A stretch of DNA of 64,000 nt, taken from the NCBI RefSeq assembly GCF_013817205.1, contig NZ_JACDDD010000006.1:14282-78281 (forward strand). The letters run 5' to 3'. A program made the position numbers and the translations under genes. This document shows positions 56,463 through 64,000 of the stretch, piece by piece. This stretch comes from Polaromonas sp. (lineage in GTDB: Bacteria; Pseudomonadota; Gammaproteobacteria; Burkholderiales; Burkholderiaceae_C). Under the pieces are notes generated by a model. That model was not told the origin of the DNA. It saw only the letters and a list, made by a program, of their open reading frames with translations, and searched no databases. The stretch's first letter is position 1. Each line of letters opens with the position of its first letter.

Positions 56463-57195
56463 GCAAGGCCGATCGTGCAGTTGGCGCCAAGCGATGCGAC
56501 TCGGCGGTCTTGAGTAGATAGGCCGCAAGCTGAGGCGCGATCTTTTGCTGCCACGCCATCGACGCACCGAAAGTTTCATACGCGCGCACATCTTCAAAAA
56601 GCGCCAGGCCAACAAGCACACATTCGCCCGTGCGCACAGGCAGCCGTGTGAAGGTGTTTTCACTGGTCTCGTTGACATACCAGCCTTGCTGGATCGCTCC
56701 GCCTTCGCCTAAAACCTGCGCCATCTCTTGCCTGCAAAACGCCAGCAGATCAGCCGAAGCCGGCTGCTTCAAATAGAAAATCGTGAGGTCCACAAAGCCA
56801 CGCGGAATTGTCGACTCTCGCTTGTCCGCTCGCCCACGCAAGTCAACCGGAAAGTGTGCTCCCGCCCAGGCGGGACGCAACAGCAGTACGTTGTCAGAAT
56901 CAATCATCGTGGCATTCGCCACGTTGCGATGGGTTTGCCACACCGCGCCGCCGTAAAAGGCGGCGAGCGCATCGTGGCGTGTCTGCATGGTGCTGAAACC
57001 GCGCAGCCACACAAATCGGTTCGCGTCATCAAGATCACGAAACTGGCCGAGGACCGGCATGCCCACCGCATCTTGCGTCTCAAGAAATTCACGATCAAAC
57101 AAGTCGATGAGCACATCCCGTTTGTGAGGATGCAGGGTGTATTGCCTCAGTTCAAGGACATCCAGCGCATAGCGTTCAAGCAGAGAGTGATTCAT
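56455..57195 (-). CDS. NIPSNAP family protein
   Basis: ELRQYTLHP, GQFRD, FVWLRGF, NATMIDSDNVLLLRP. Confidence 0.85.
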   Translation of the reverse strand: MNHSLLERYALDVLELRQYTLHPHKRDVLIDLFDREFLETQDAVGMPVLGQFRDLDDANRFVWLRGFSTMQTRHDALAAFYGGAVWQTHRNVANATMIDSDNVLLLRPAWAGAHFPVDLRGRADKRESTIPRGFVDLTIFYLKQPASADLLAFCRQEMAQVLGEGGAIQQGWYVNETSENTFTRLPVRTGECVLVGLALFEDVRAYETFGASMAWQQKIAPQLAAYLLKTAESHRLAPTARSALHA

Positions 57196-57229
57196 ACAGT
57201 TCCAGTCAGTGGGTAGAAAAGGCGAGGCG

Positions 57230-58210
57230 CTAGGACTCCAGCCTGGTGTAGTTCATGGTCCAGTTGGGCTGCCAGGTCAGGCCCTCGTCAGCGGAAATGG
57301 CTTGCTCCCAGCGGGGCTGCGCGGTGTTCAGTCGCGACCATGTGTGGCGCAGTCGCACAGGCCGACCGTCGATTTGGTCATTGCCTTCCAGTACGCCCTG
57401 GCTGTCGCTGAATCCACCGGTCAGAGCTGGCTGCAACAGACCGTCTCGTGCGGAGACCCAGTAAGCCTTCCAGCGCTGCGCCGCCACGTCAAACAGATGG
57501 ACGGACAGGCCCAGCGGCACGCCTGCACCATCGCGCAATTCGTCATAGTTGGCCAAGCCGCCCAGCAGCGGCTCGCAGATTTGCAGGCCGTCAAAACTCT
57601 CCCACTCATTTCCGTTTTGTGGGGTGGGAAGCAGGCGACGGTTCTGCACCTTCCACTGGCCGAAGAAGAAATCGAAGTCGTGGTTGGCCGAAGGCAGCGC
57701 TTGTTGTGTCGGTGGTGCCGCGTCGCTGCGGGTGAAGGTCATGACCCAGTTGGTCTCCCAGGTCTTACCGTCGTCAGTGGAAAAGGCCTGTTTCCAGCGC
57801 GGCGTTGCGGTGTGTGTGCCCGACCAGGTGTAGCGCACCCGAACCGGCTGGCCTTCGTGGGTGTCCACCCCTTCAAAGACGCCAGTGCCATTGAAAAACT
57901 CGCCTGTAACTGGCGGCTGCAACAGGCCGTCCTCCGGGCTGACCCAATAGATATTCCACTGCCGGGTCTGCAGGTCAAGAAAGCGCAGCGACATGCCGAC
58001 CGGGCCGGCGTCATGAAGCATTTCATCGGTATTGCCCATGCCGCCCAGCAGCGGCTGGCAATACTGGGTGGCGTCAAACTCTTCCCAGTCGGTGCAGCGT
58101 TGCAGCCGCTGGCGCAAGCGCTGGTTGTGTACCCGCCAGTGGCCGAATAAAAAATCAAAATCATGCAGACCTTCGGTGGGGTCTGACGCGGCTTGTGCGG
58201 TTGCGCTCAT
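57230..58210 (-). CDS. Tandem two-domain Trp-rich beta-barrel-like protein (DUF1579-like)
   Basis: Two repeats HDFDF(L/F)FG(H/Q)W...YWVS...GLLQP...RW.QA.S.D.G.TW..NW.M..TR; AGGAGG SD. Confidence 0.75.
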   Translation of the reverse strand: MSATAQAASDPTEGLHDFDFLFGHWRVHNQRLRQRLQRCTDWEEFDATQYCQPLLGGMGNTDEMLHDAGPVGMSLRFLDLQTRQWNIYWVSPEDGLLQPPVTGEFFNGTGVFEGVDTHEGQPVRVRYTWSGTHTATPRWKQAFSTDDGKTWETNWVMTFTRSDAAPPTQQALPSANHDFDFFFGQWKVQNRRLLPTPQNGNEWESFDGLQICEPLLGGLANYDELRDGAGVPLGLSVHLFDVAAQRWKAYWVSARDGLLQPALTGGFSDSQGVLEGNDQIDGRPVRLRHTWSRLNTAQPRWEQAISADEGLTWQPNWTMNYTRLES

Positions 58211-58272
58211 GCATTTCCTCCTGTTGCCCGTTAGCCAAACCGGCCCCGGTCAAGCCAATGTAAAAGCGTAAT

Positions 58273-58289
58273 AGGGCGATATCGGCCCT
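58273..58289. promoter_or_regulatory. Putative operator of the WYL regulator
   Basis: AGGGC-GATATCG-GCCCT in the divergent gap; minus-strand -10-like TACATT at 58256-58261. Confidence 0.55.
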
Positions 58290-58311
58290 GATTAAGTTTT
58301 AAACTGCTTTC

Positions 58312-59256
58312 ATGTATTCACCCACCACACGCGTGCTCACGGTGCTGGAGCTTTTGCAAAGCCACGGCCGGATGAGTGGCGCCGATCTGGCACGTCGGCT
58401 GGACGTGGATGGCCGCACCTTGCGCCGCTACATCGCCAAATTGGAAGACCTGGGAATCCCCGTGGTGGCTGAGCGTGGCCGTTATGGCTGTTACAGCCTG
58501 ATTGCCGGTTTCAAGCTGCCACCCATGATGTTCACAGATGACGAGGCGCTGGCCTTGTCCATTGGCCTCGTGGCAGCACGCGGTCTGGGCCTGGCCGAAG
58601 CTGCTCCCGCAGTGCAAAGCGCGCAGGCCAAGCTGGAGCGGGTGATGCCCGGCAAACTCAAAAACCGCATTCGGGCCCTGGCCGAGACAGTCACGCTGGA
58701 CCTGGCCCGCTCGGTGGCGCAGGGAGACAACACGGCGCTGCTGGCCTTAAGCGATGCCGCCCACGGCTGCCAGCGTGTGCACCTGGACTACCGCTCAGCG
58801 GATGGCTCGGTGACCGAGCGGGACATGGACCCCTATGGGCTGGCTTTTCGGGGAGGGCGCTGGTATGTGGCCGGTTGGTGCCACTTGCGAAAGGATTTGC
58901 GCTCGTTTCGGCTCGACCGTGTGTTGCAGGTGCAGGCGCTCAATGCCGTGTTTACACCGCCGGCCGATTTCAACGCCGTGCAATACCTTGCGCTGGGCAT
59001 TGCCACCTTGCCGCGCGCCTTCAGTATTCGTGTCTTGCTGCATACCAACGTAGAAGCCGCGCAAGCCCAGCTGTTTGAAGGCATTGGTGTTTTTCAGCCC
59101 TGCGAGGAGGGTGTGGTGCTGCACGCGCAGGCCGACGACTTGCCCTGGTTTGCACGCCAGTTGGCCAGGCTGTCGTGTGACTTCGAGATCCGGCATCCAC
59201 CCGCTTTACGCAAGGCTCTGAAGGTTAGTGCCGAGCGGCTGCTCAAGCTGGTTTAG
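58312..59256 (+). CDS. YafY-family HTH-WYL-WCX regulator
   Basis: RTLRRYIAKLEDLGIPV, RGRYGCY, DPYGL...WYVAGWCHLRKDLRSFRLDRV. Confidence 0.93.
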   Translation: MYSPTTRVLTVLELLQSHGRMSGADLARRLDVDGRTLRRYIAKLEDLGIPVVAERGRYGCYSLIAGFKLPPMMFTDDEALALSIGLVAARGLGLAEAAPAVQSAQAKLERVMPGKLKNRIRALAETVTLDLARSVAQGDNTALLALSDAAHGCQRVHLDYRSADGSVTERDMDPYGLAFRGGRWYVAGWCHLRKDLRSFRLDRVLQVQALNAVFTPPADFNAVQYLALGIATLPRAFSIRVLLHTNVEAAQAQLFEGIGVFQPCEEGVVLHAQADDLPWFARQLARLSCDFEIRHPPALRKALKVSAERLLKLV

Positions 59257-59280
59257 ATCCAGCTCAAGCGGGCCCCAGCT

Positions 59281-62200
59281 CTAACGCAAATCCATCGTGA
59301 ACGGAAACTCACGGCTGGGCTGCGCTGGCTGGACCTGGATGCGCCCGGGCGTATGGCCCATCTGGAAAAAGCGGTTCAGGCGTCGGCTTTCGGCTTCGTA
59401 GGAGTTCACCGGCAGGGTGTCGTAGCTCAGGCCGCCCGGGTGCACCACATGGTATTGGCAGCCTCCCAATGAACGTTCCATCCAGGTGTCGACAATGTCA
59501 AAGGTCAGCGGCGCATGCACGCCCACCGAGGGGTGCAGGGCCGATGGCGGGTTCCAAGCCTTGTAGCGCACACCGGCCACGTATTCGCCCACCGTGCCCG
59601 TGTTTTGCAGTGGCAGCGTGCGGCCGTTAACCGTGATGACATAACGGTTGTCGTTGAGGCCGGTGACATGCACCTCGACACGTTCGAGCGATGAGTCCAC
59701 ATAACGCACGGTGCCGCCGGACGAGCCTTCCTCGCCCATGACGTGCCAGGGCTCCAGCGCGCTGCGCAAAGTCAGCTCGATGTTGTTGGCCTTGACTTGG
59801 CCGATCATCGGAAAGCGGAACTCGAAGTGCGGCTCGAACCAGGCCATGTCAAAACCGTAACCAGCCTCGTTGAGCTCGGTCAGCACATCGGCAAAGTCCT
59901 GTCGGACAAAGCCGGGTAACAGGAAGCGGTCATGGAGCTCTGTGCCCCAGCGCGTCATGCGGCCGTGATACGGCTTGTTCCAGAAACGCGCCACCAGCGC
60001 ACGCAGCAGCAACTGCTGCACGATGCTCATGCGGGCATGCGGTGGCATTTCAAAAGCGCGCAACTCCAGCAGGCCGAGGCGGCCCGTGGCCGAGTCGGGT
60101 GAGTACATCTTGTCGATGCAGAATTCGCTGCGGTGGGTGTTGCCAGTCACATCGACCAGGATGTTGCGCAGGGTGCGGTCAACGATCCACGGCGGCATGT
60201 CCTGGCCGTATTTCTGGCGGTTGGTGGTGATCTCGCGCAGCGCGATTTCCAGCTCGTACAGCTGGTCATTGCGCGCTTCATCAATCCGTGGCGCCTGGCT
60301 GGTAGGCCCGATGAACATGCCCGAGAACAAGTAGCTCAGTGACGGGTGGTTGTGCCAGTAGGCAATCAGGCTGCCCAGCATTTCTGGTTTGCGCAAAAAC
60401 GGGCTGTCGGGCGGTGTGGCACCGCCCATCACAAAGTGGTTGCCGCCGCCCGTGCCGGTGTGGCGGCCATCGGTCATGAACTTTTCAGCAGACAGCCGTG
60501 TTTCGTGCGCGATTTTGTAGAGAAACTCGGTGTGTTCAACCAGCTCGTTCCAGTTGTAGGCCGGGTGGATGTTGACTTCAATGACGCCGGGGTCGGGCGT
60601 GACCTGCAGCATTTTCAGGCGCGGGTCGCGCGGCGGTGGATAGCCCTCAAGCACGATCTGCAGATTCAGCGTTTGCGCACTGGCTTCGATCGCGGCCAGC
60701 AAGTCCAGGTATTCCTCGAGCCGCTCTACCGGCGGCATGAAGACGTAAAGCGCGCCGGTGGGCGGTTTGGTGCCGACCTCGCCCGCGGCGCGCTTGACTT
60801 TGGGCTCGTCCTTGGGTCCGTTGGCGCGGGCAGGGTCGCGCACTTCCACACACAGCGCAATGCGCGGCAGCCAGGGTGCCGACTGTTTGGACGCCGGCAT
60901 GCGGTCTGCATCTTTGGCAAGGGCGGCTGCGGCTGGTTCGACTGGAACCGCGGCGTCTGCGACCGCTGCACGTCGTTCGCTGATGGTTTCGGCGGAAGGC
61001 AGTTCCTCACGCGGCGCAAAGGGGTCGGCCTCGTTGACGCCGGGGTTGTCGGTTTTGGACACCCAGGGCATGGCGTCAAGTGGAAGGCGATAACCCATGG
61101 GCGAGTCGCCCGGGGCAAGGTACATGCGGTCATCCCGAAAGTACCAGGGACCGGTGGCCCACAACGGGCCCGTGGCCGGCGCGTTGTCTGATTCTTCCCG
61201 TACCTTGAGCGGCAGCACATAACCGACCACCGCATCCAGACCCTGCGAAAACACGCGGCGCAGGCGCTCGCGTTCCATCGCGTCGTCCAGCTTGGTGTCA
61301 AACGGGTCCACGTTGACGGGCAGGCGGCGCTCGCGCCAGAGGTAGTACCAGGTGTCTTCATACCCCGGTGTGATGTGCTGGGCAGACAGGCCGAGCTTGC
61401 CGGCCAGCGTTTCGGTGAAACGGCGCGCATCGTCGCTGGTGTAGCTGCAAGGCTGGCGCTCGTCGGTGAACAGCTCGGGGTTTTTCCAGACTGGCTGGCC
61501 ATCCTTGCGCCAGAAAATGCTGAGCGCCCAACGCGGCAATTGTTCACCGGGGTACCACTTGCCCTGGCCAAAATGCAAAAAGCCGCCCTGGCCGTACTCC
61601 GCGCGCAGCTTTTGCACCAGCTCCGTGGCGTAGCCGCGTTTGGTCGGGCCCAGGGCGTCGATGTTCCACTCTGCCGCGTCCCGGTCCTGCGTGGCAACAA
61701 AGGTTGGCTCGCCGCCCATGGTCAGACGCACATCGCCAGCGAGCAGATCCTGGTCCACCTGGTGACCCAGCTTGAGCACATCGGCCCATAACGCGTCGGT
61801 ATAGGGCTGGGTCACGCGTGGCGATTCGAAAATGCGCTGCACCCCCATGTGGTGGGCGAACTCCACTTCGCTTTTGTCGACGCCGCCTTCTATCGGCGCA
61901 GCGCTCGATGGCTCCGGCGTGCAGGCCAGCGGGATGTGGCCTTCACCCGCCATCAGACCGGACGTCGGGTCCAGGCCGACCCAGCCGGCGCCGGGCAGGA
62001 ACACCTCGCACCAGGCGTGCAGGTCGGTGAAGTCGCTTTCCGCACCGCTGGGACCGTCCAGCGACTTGACGTCAGCCTTGAGCTGGATCAGGTAGCCCGA
62101 GACAAAACGCGCCGCCAGCCCCAGATGCCGGAACAGCTGGACCATCAGCCAGCCGGTATCGCGGCAGGAGCCGATGGCGAGTTGCAGGGTTTCTTCTGGC

Positions 62201-62703
62201 GTCTGCACGCCGGGCTCCATGCGGATGGCGTATTTGATGTCGCCCTGCAACTTCTGGTTCAGCCCGACCAGGAAGTCGATGGTGCGTTTGGGCGTGCGGT
62301 CCACGCCGTTCAGGTAGGCCTTGAGCAGCGGCGTGAGCGTCTCGGTCGCTAGGTAGGGCGCCAGTTCGCGCGCCTGATCCTTGCTGTAGGTGAAGGGAAA
62401 CTCCTCTGCTTCGGGCTCGAGGAAGAAGTCAAAGGGGTTGAACACCGCCATCTCGACGACCAGGTCAACCGTGACCTTGAACTCCCGCGTGGGTTCAGGA
62501 AACACCAGCCGCGCCTGGTAGTTGGCAAACGGGTCCTGCTGCCAGTTGATGAAGTGGCCCTTGGGCTCGACGCTCAGCGAATAGGACAGCACCTTGGTGC
62601 GGCTGTGCGGGGCAGGGCGCAGGCGCACGACTTGGGGGCCGAGCTTGACCAGGCGGTCGTATTTGTAGTGGGTGATGTGGCTCAGGGCAACGTGGATGGA
62701 CAA
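59281..62703 (-). CDS. Transglutaminase + DUF2126 putative amidoligase
   Basis: GSCRD, DLHAW, GLDPT triad; LTMGGEPTFV, DPGVIEVN, GTGGGNH, WHNHPSLSYLF, GLLELRAFEMPP; TTG start. Confidence 0.92.
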   Translation of the reverse strand: MSIHVALSHITHYKYDRLVKLGPQVVRLRPAPHSRTKVLSYSLSVEPKGHFINWQQDPFANYQARLVFPEPTREFKVTVDLVVEMAVFNPFDFFLEPEAEEFPFTYSKDQARELAPYLATETLTPLLKAYLNGVDRTPKRTIDFLVGLNQKLQGDIKYAIRMEPGVQTPEETLQLAIGSCRDTGWLMVQLFRHLGLAARFVSGYLIQLKADVKSLDGPSGAESDFTDLHAWCEVFLPGAGWVGLDPTSGLMAGEGHIPLACTPEPSSAAPIEGGVDKSEVEFAHHMGVQRIFESPRVTQPYTDALWADVLKLGHQVDQDLLAGDVRLTMGGEPTFVATQDRDAAEWNIDALGPTKRGYATELVQKLRAEYGQGGFLHFGQGKWYPGEQLPRWALSIFWRKDGQPVWKNPELFTDERQPCSYTSDDARRFTETLAGKLGLSAQHITPGYEDTWYYLWRERRLPVNVDPFDTKLDDAMERERLRRVFSQGLDAVVGYVLPLKVREESDNAPATGPLWATGPWYFRDDRMYLAPGDSPMGYRLPLDAMPWVSKTDNPGVNEADPFAPREELPSAETISERRAAVADAAVPVEPAAAALAKDADRMPASKQSAPWLPRIALCVEVRDPARANGPKDEPKVKRAAGEVGTKPPTGALYVFMPPVERLEEYLDLLAAIEASAQTLNLQIVLEGYPPPRDPRLKMLQVTPDPGVIEVNIHPAYNWNELVEHTEFLYKIAHETRLSAEKFMTDGRHTGTGGGNHFVMGGATPPDSPFLRKPEMLGSLIAYWHNHPSLSYLFSGMFIGPTSQAPRIDEARNDQLYELEIALREITTNRQKYGQDMPPWIVDRTLRNILVDVTGNTHRSEFCIDKMYSPDSATGRLGLLELRAFEMPPHARMSIVQQLLLRALVARFWNKPYHGRMTRWGTELHDRFLLPGFVRQDFADVLTELNEAGYGFDMAWFEPHFEFRFPMIGQVKANNIELTLRSALEPWHVMGEEGSSGGTVRYVDSSLERVEVHVTGLNDNRYVITVNGRTLPLQNTGTVGEYVAGVRYKAWNPPSALHPSVGVHAPLTFDIVDTWMERSLGGCQYHVVHPGGLSYDTLPVNSYEAESRRLNRFFQMGHTPGRIQVQPAQPSREFPFTMDLR

Positions 62704-62813
62704 GTTCGGTCTCGCTTCTCAGAAATATCGGGGCGTTGTGGCAACTATGCCGCAGAAATCGCATGTTGGCCGTTTGCCGGCCTGCATTCAACGGTTTTTA
62801 TATCGCCGCTACA

Positions 62814-62830
62814 AGCAAGAGCTGCGCCAA
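62814..62830 (-). promoter_or_regulatory. sigma54 (-24/-12) promoter for the DUF2126 gene
   Basis: Minus strand TTGGCGCAGCTCTTGCT, GG-N10-GC. Confidence 0.75.
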
Positions 62831-62926
62831 AGGCCTGTTAGCCTGTCAGCGGATATGCGGGACTGGCCGTTGATCGTTGATAGATCTCGCCGCAGCACAC
62901 AAAAGAATATTCAACCAGGGAGGCAT

Positions 62927-64000
62927 GTGCGACCAGGGCTTTTAGCGACATCACCGGTCCGGGTGGCGGGTCTGGTTTTTTGCGGATTTGTCGCAGGCGC
63001 GGCCTTGCAGCTTCAGCAGCCCGTGTTGCACCCCGCCTGGGTGTATGGCGCATGGCTTGCCGCTTCGCTGATGGCCGCGCTGGTGACTGCGCGGGTGTAT
63101 CGCCGCATGCCACCGGGCGCGGTGCTCGCCTTGCAGGCCGCCGCCTTGTTGCTGGCGCTGGTGTTCGGCTTTGGTCTGACTGGGTTGCGTGCGGTCATCT
63201 TTCAGGCTGGCGCGTTGTCGCCAGCACTGGAAGGCCGCGACATCGAGGTCACGGGCCGGGTCCTGGCCATGCCTCAGCGCGGCGACTACGGCTTGCGTTT
63301 TCGCTTTGCCATTGAGTCAGCCCGGCTGGACGGTGCGCCGGTGGACTTGCCGCCCCGGGTTTACCTTGGCTGGTATACCGGTTTCGGTTTAAGGGAGCCC
63401 GCAGCCGGCACCGGCGGCCCCGACAATCCCGAGGTCGGCGCCAGCCCCACCGCCGCGCTGGCCTTGCAGCGCCAGCCGCCAGCCCTGCGCGCCGGCGAAC
63501 GCTGGCAAATGACGGTGCGCCTGAAAGCGCCGCATGGCAACAGCAACCCGCGTGGCTTCGACTACGAACTCTGGCTTTGGGAACAGGGTTTGCAGGCGAC
63601 CGGCTATGTGCGCGCCGGGCCGCGGGACCCCGCGCCACGGCTCATCTCTGACAGCTGGCGGCACCCGGTTGAACGTGCGCGGCAGGCGTTGCGCGATGCG
63701 GTCTACGCACGGGTGAGCGACCGCCACCTCGCCGGTGTGGTGGCGGCGCTGCTGATGGGCGACCAGAATGCCATCGACCGTGCTGACTGGGATGTGTTTC
63801 GCGCCACCGGCGTGGCGCACCTGATGTCCATCTCCGGTCTGCACATCACCATGTTCGCCTGGCTGGCGTCGCAGGGCGTGGGGTGGTTCTGGCGGCGCTC
63901 TGCGCGCTGGAGTCAGGCCCTGTGTCTGGCGCTGCCGGCGGGGGGCGCGGGGGCTTGGGGCGGCTTGCTGCTGGCGGCCGGCTATGCCTTGCTCTCGGGC
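62927..64000 (+). CDS. comEC: ComEC/Rec2 DNA-uptake channel, 5' part (runs off window)
   Basis: Manual translation: RLKAPHGNSNPRGFDYE...ATGVAHLMSISGLHIT; frame open to window end; GTG start uncertain. Confidence 0.9.
   Translation, partial: MRPGLLATSPVRVAGLVFCGFVAGAALQLQQPVLHPAWVYGAWLAASLMAALVTARVYRRMPPGAVLALQAAALLLALVFGFGLTGLRAVIFQAGALSPALEGRDIEVTGRVLAMPQRGDYGLRFRFAIESARLDGAPVDLPPRVYLGWYTGFGLREPAAGTGGPDNPEVGASPTAALALQRQPPALRAGERWQMTVRLKAPHGNSNPRGFDYELWLWEQGLQATGYVRAGPRDPAPRLISDSWRHPVERARQALRDAVYARVSDRHLAGVVAALLMGDQNAIDRADWDVFRATGVAHLMSISGLHITMFAWLASQGVGWFWRRSARWSQALCLALPAGGAGAWGGLLLAAGYALLSG

Noticed and set aside
63014-63032. NtrC enhancer TGCACC...GGTGTA within comEC
   Set aside because: Spacing is off consensus and it lies in coding sequence

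Overview
GC-rich chromosomal segment of a Comamonadaceae-like betaproteobacterium (inferred from gene content and order). Core genes: metY-like (partial), aroC, aroQ, arfB, gcvTHP with a tandem glycine riboswitch, ETF-QO, scoAB, tRNA-Gly(CCC), gabD, alaS, ribH with an FMN riboswitch, comEC (partial). Accessory modules: an orphan hybrid kinase with a degenerate receiver, two LysR/Bug catabolic modules, vapBC, a hydroxyproline catabolic cluster, and a ligase/transglutaminase locus (DUF2126; circularly permuted ATP-grasp/alpha-E; transglutaminase) under a sigma54-type promoter and interrupted by a WYL-regulator cassette of uncharacterised ligand-binding-fold proteins. Best observations: (1) one ~73-nt palindromic element sits in frame in both gcvP and gcvT; (2) a 54-bp repeat with fixed 4-N9-4-N7-4-N9-4 geometry occurs 7 times, also inside genes; (3) katG is full length but has two Trp-to-stop codons; (4) a gntR'-dapA' chimeric scar suggests a TRAP transporter was grafted into the hydroxyproline operon; (5) the WYL cassette and the ligase/transglutaminase locus are the best candidates for an undescribed system. 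No IS, integrase, prophage or CRISPR array was seen. Product calls rest on recognised motifs, not database searches.
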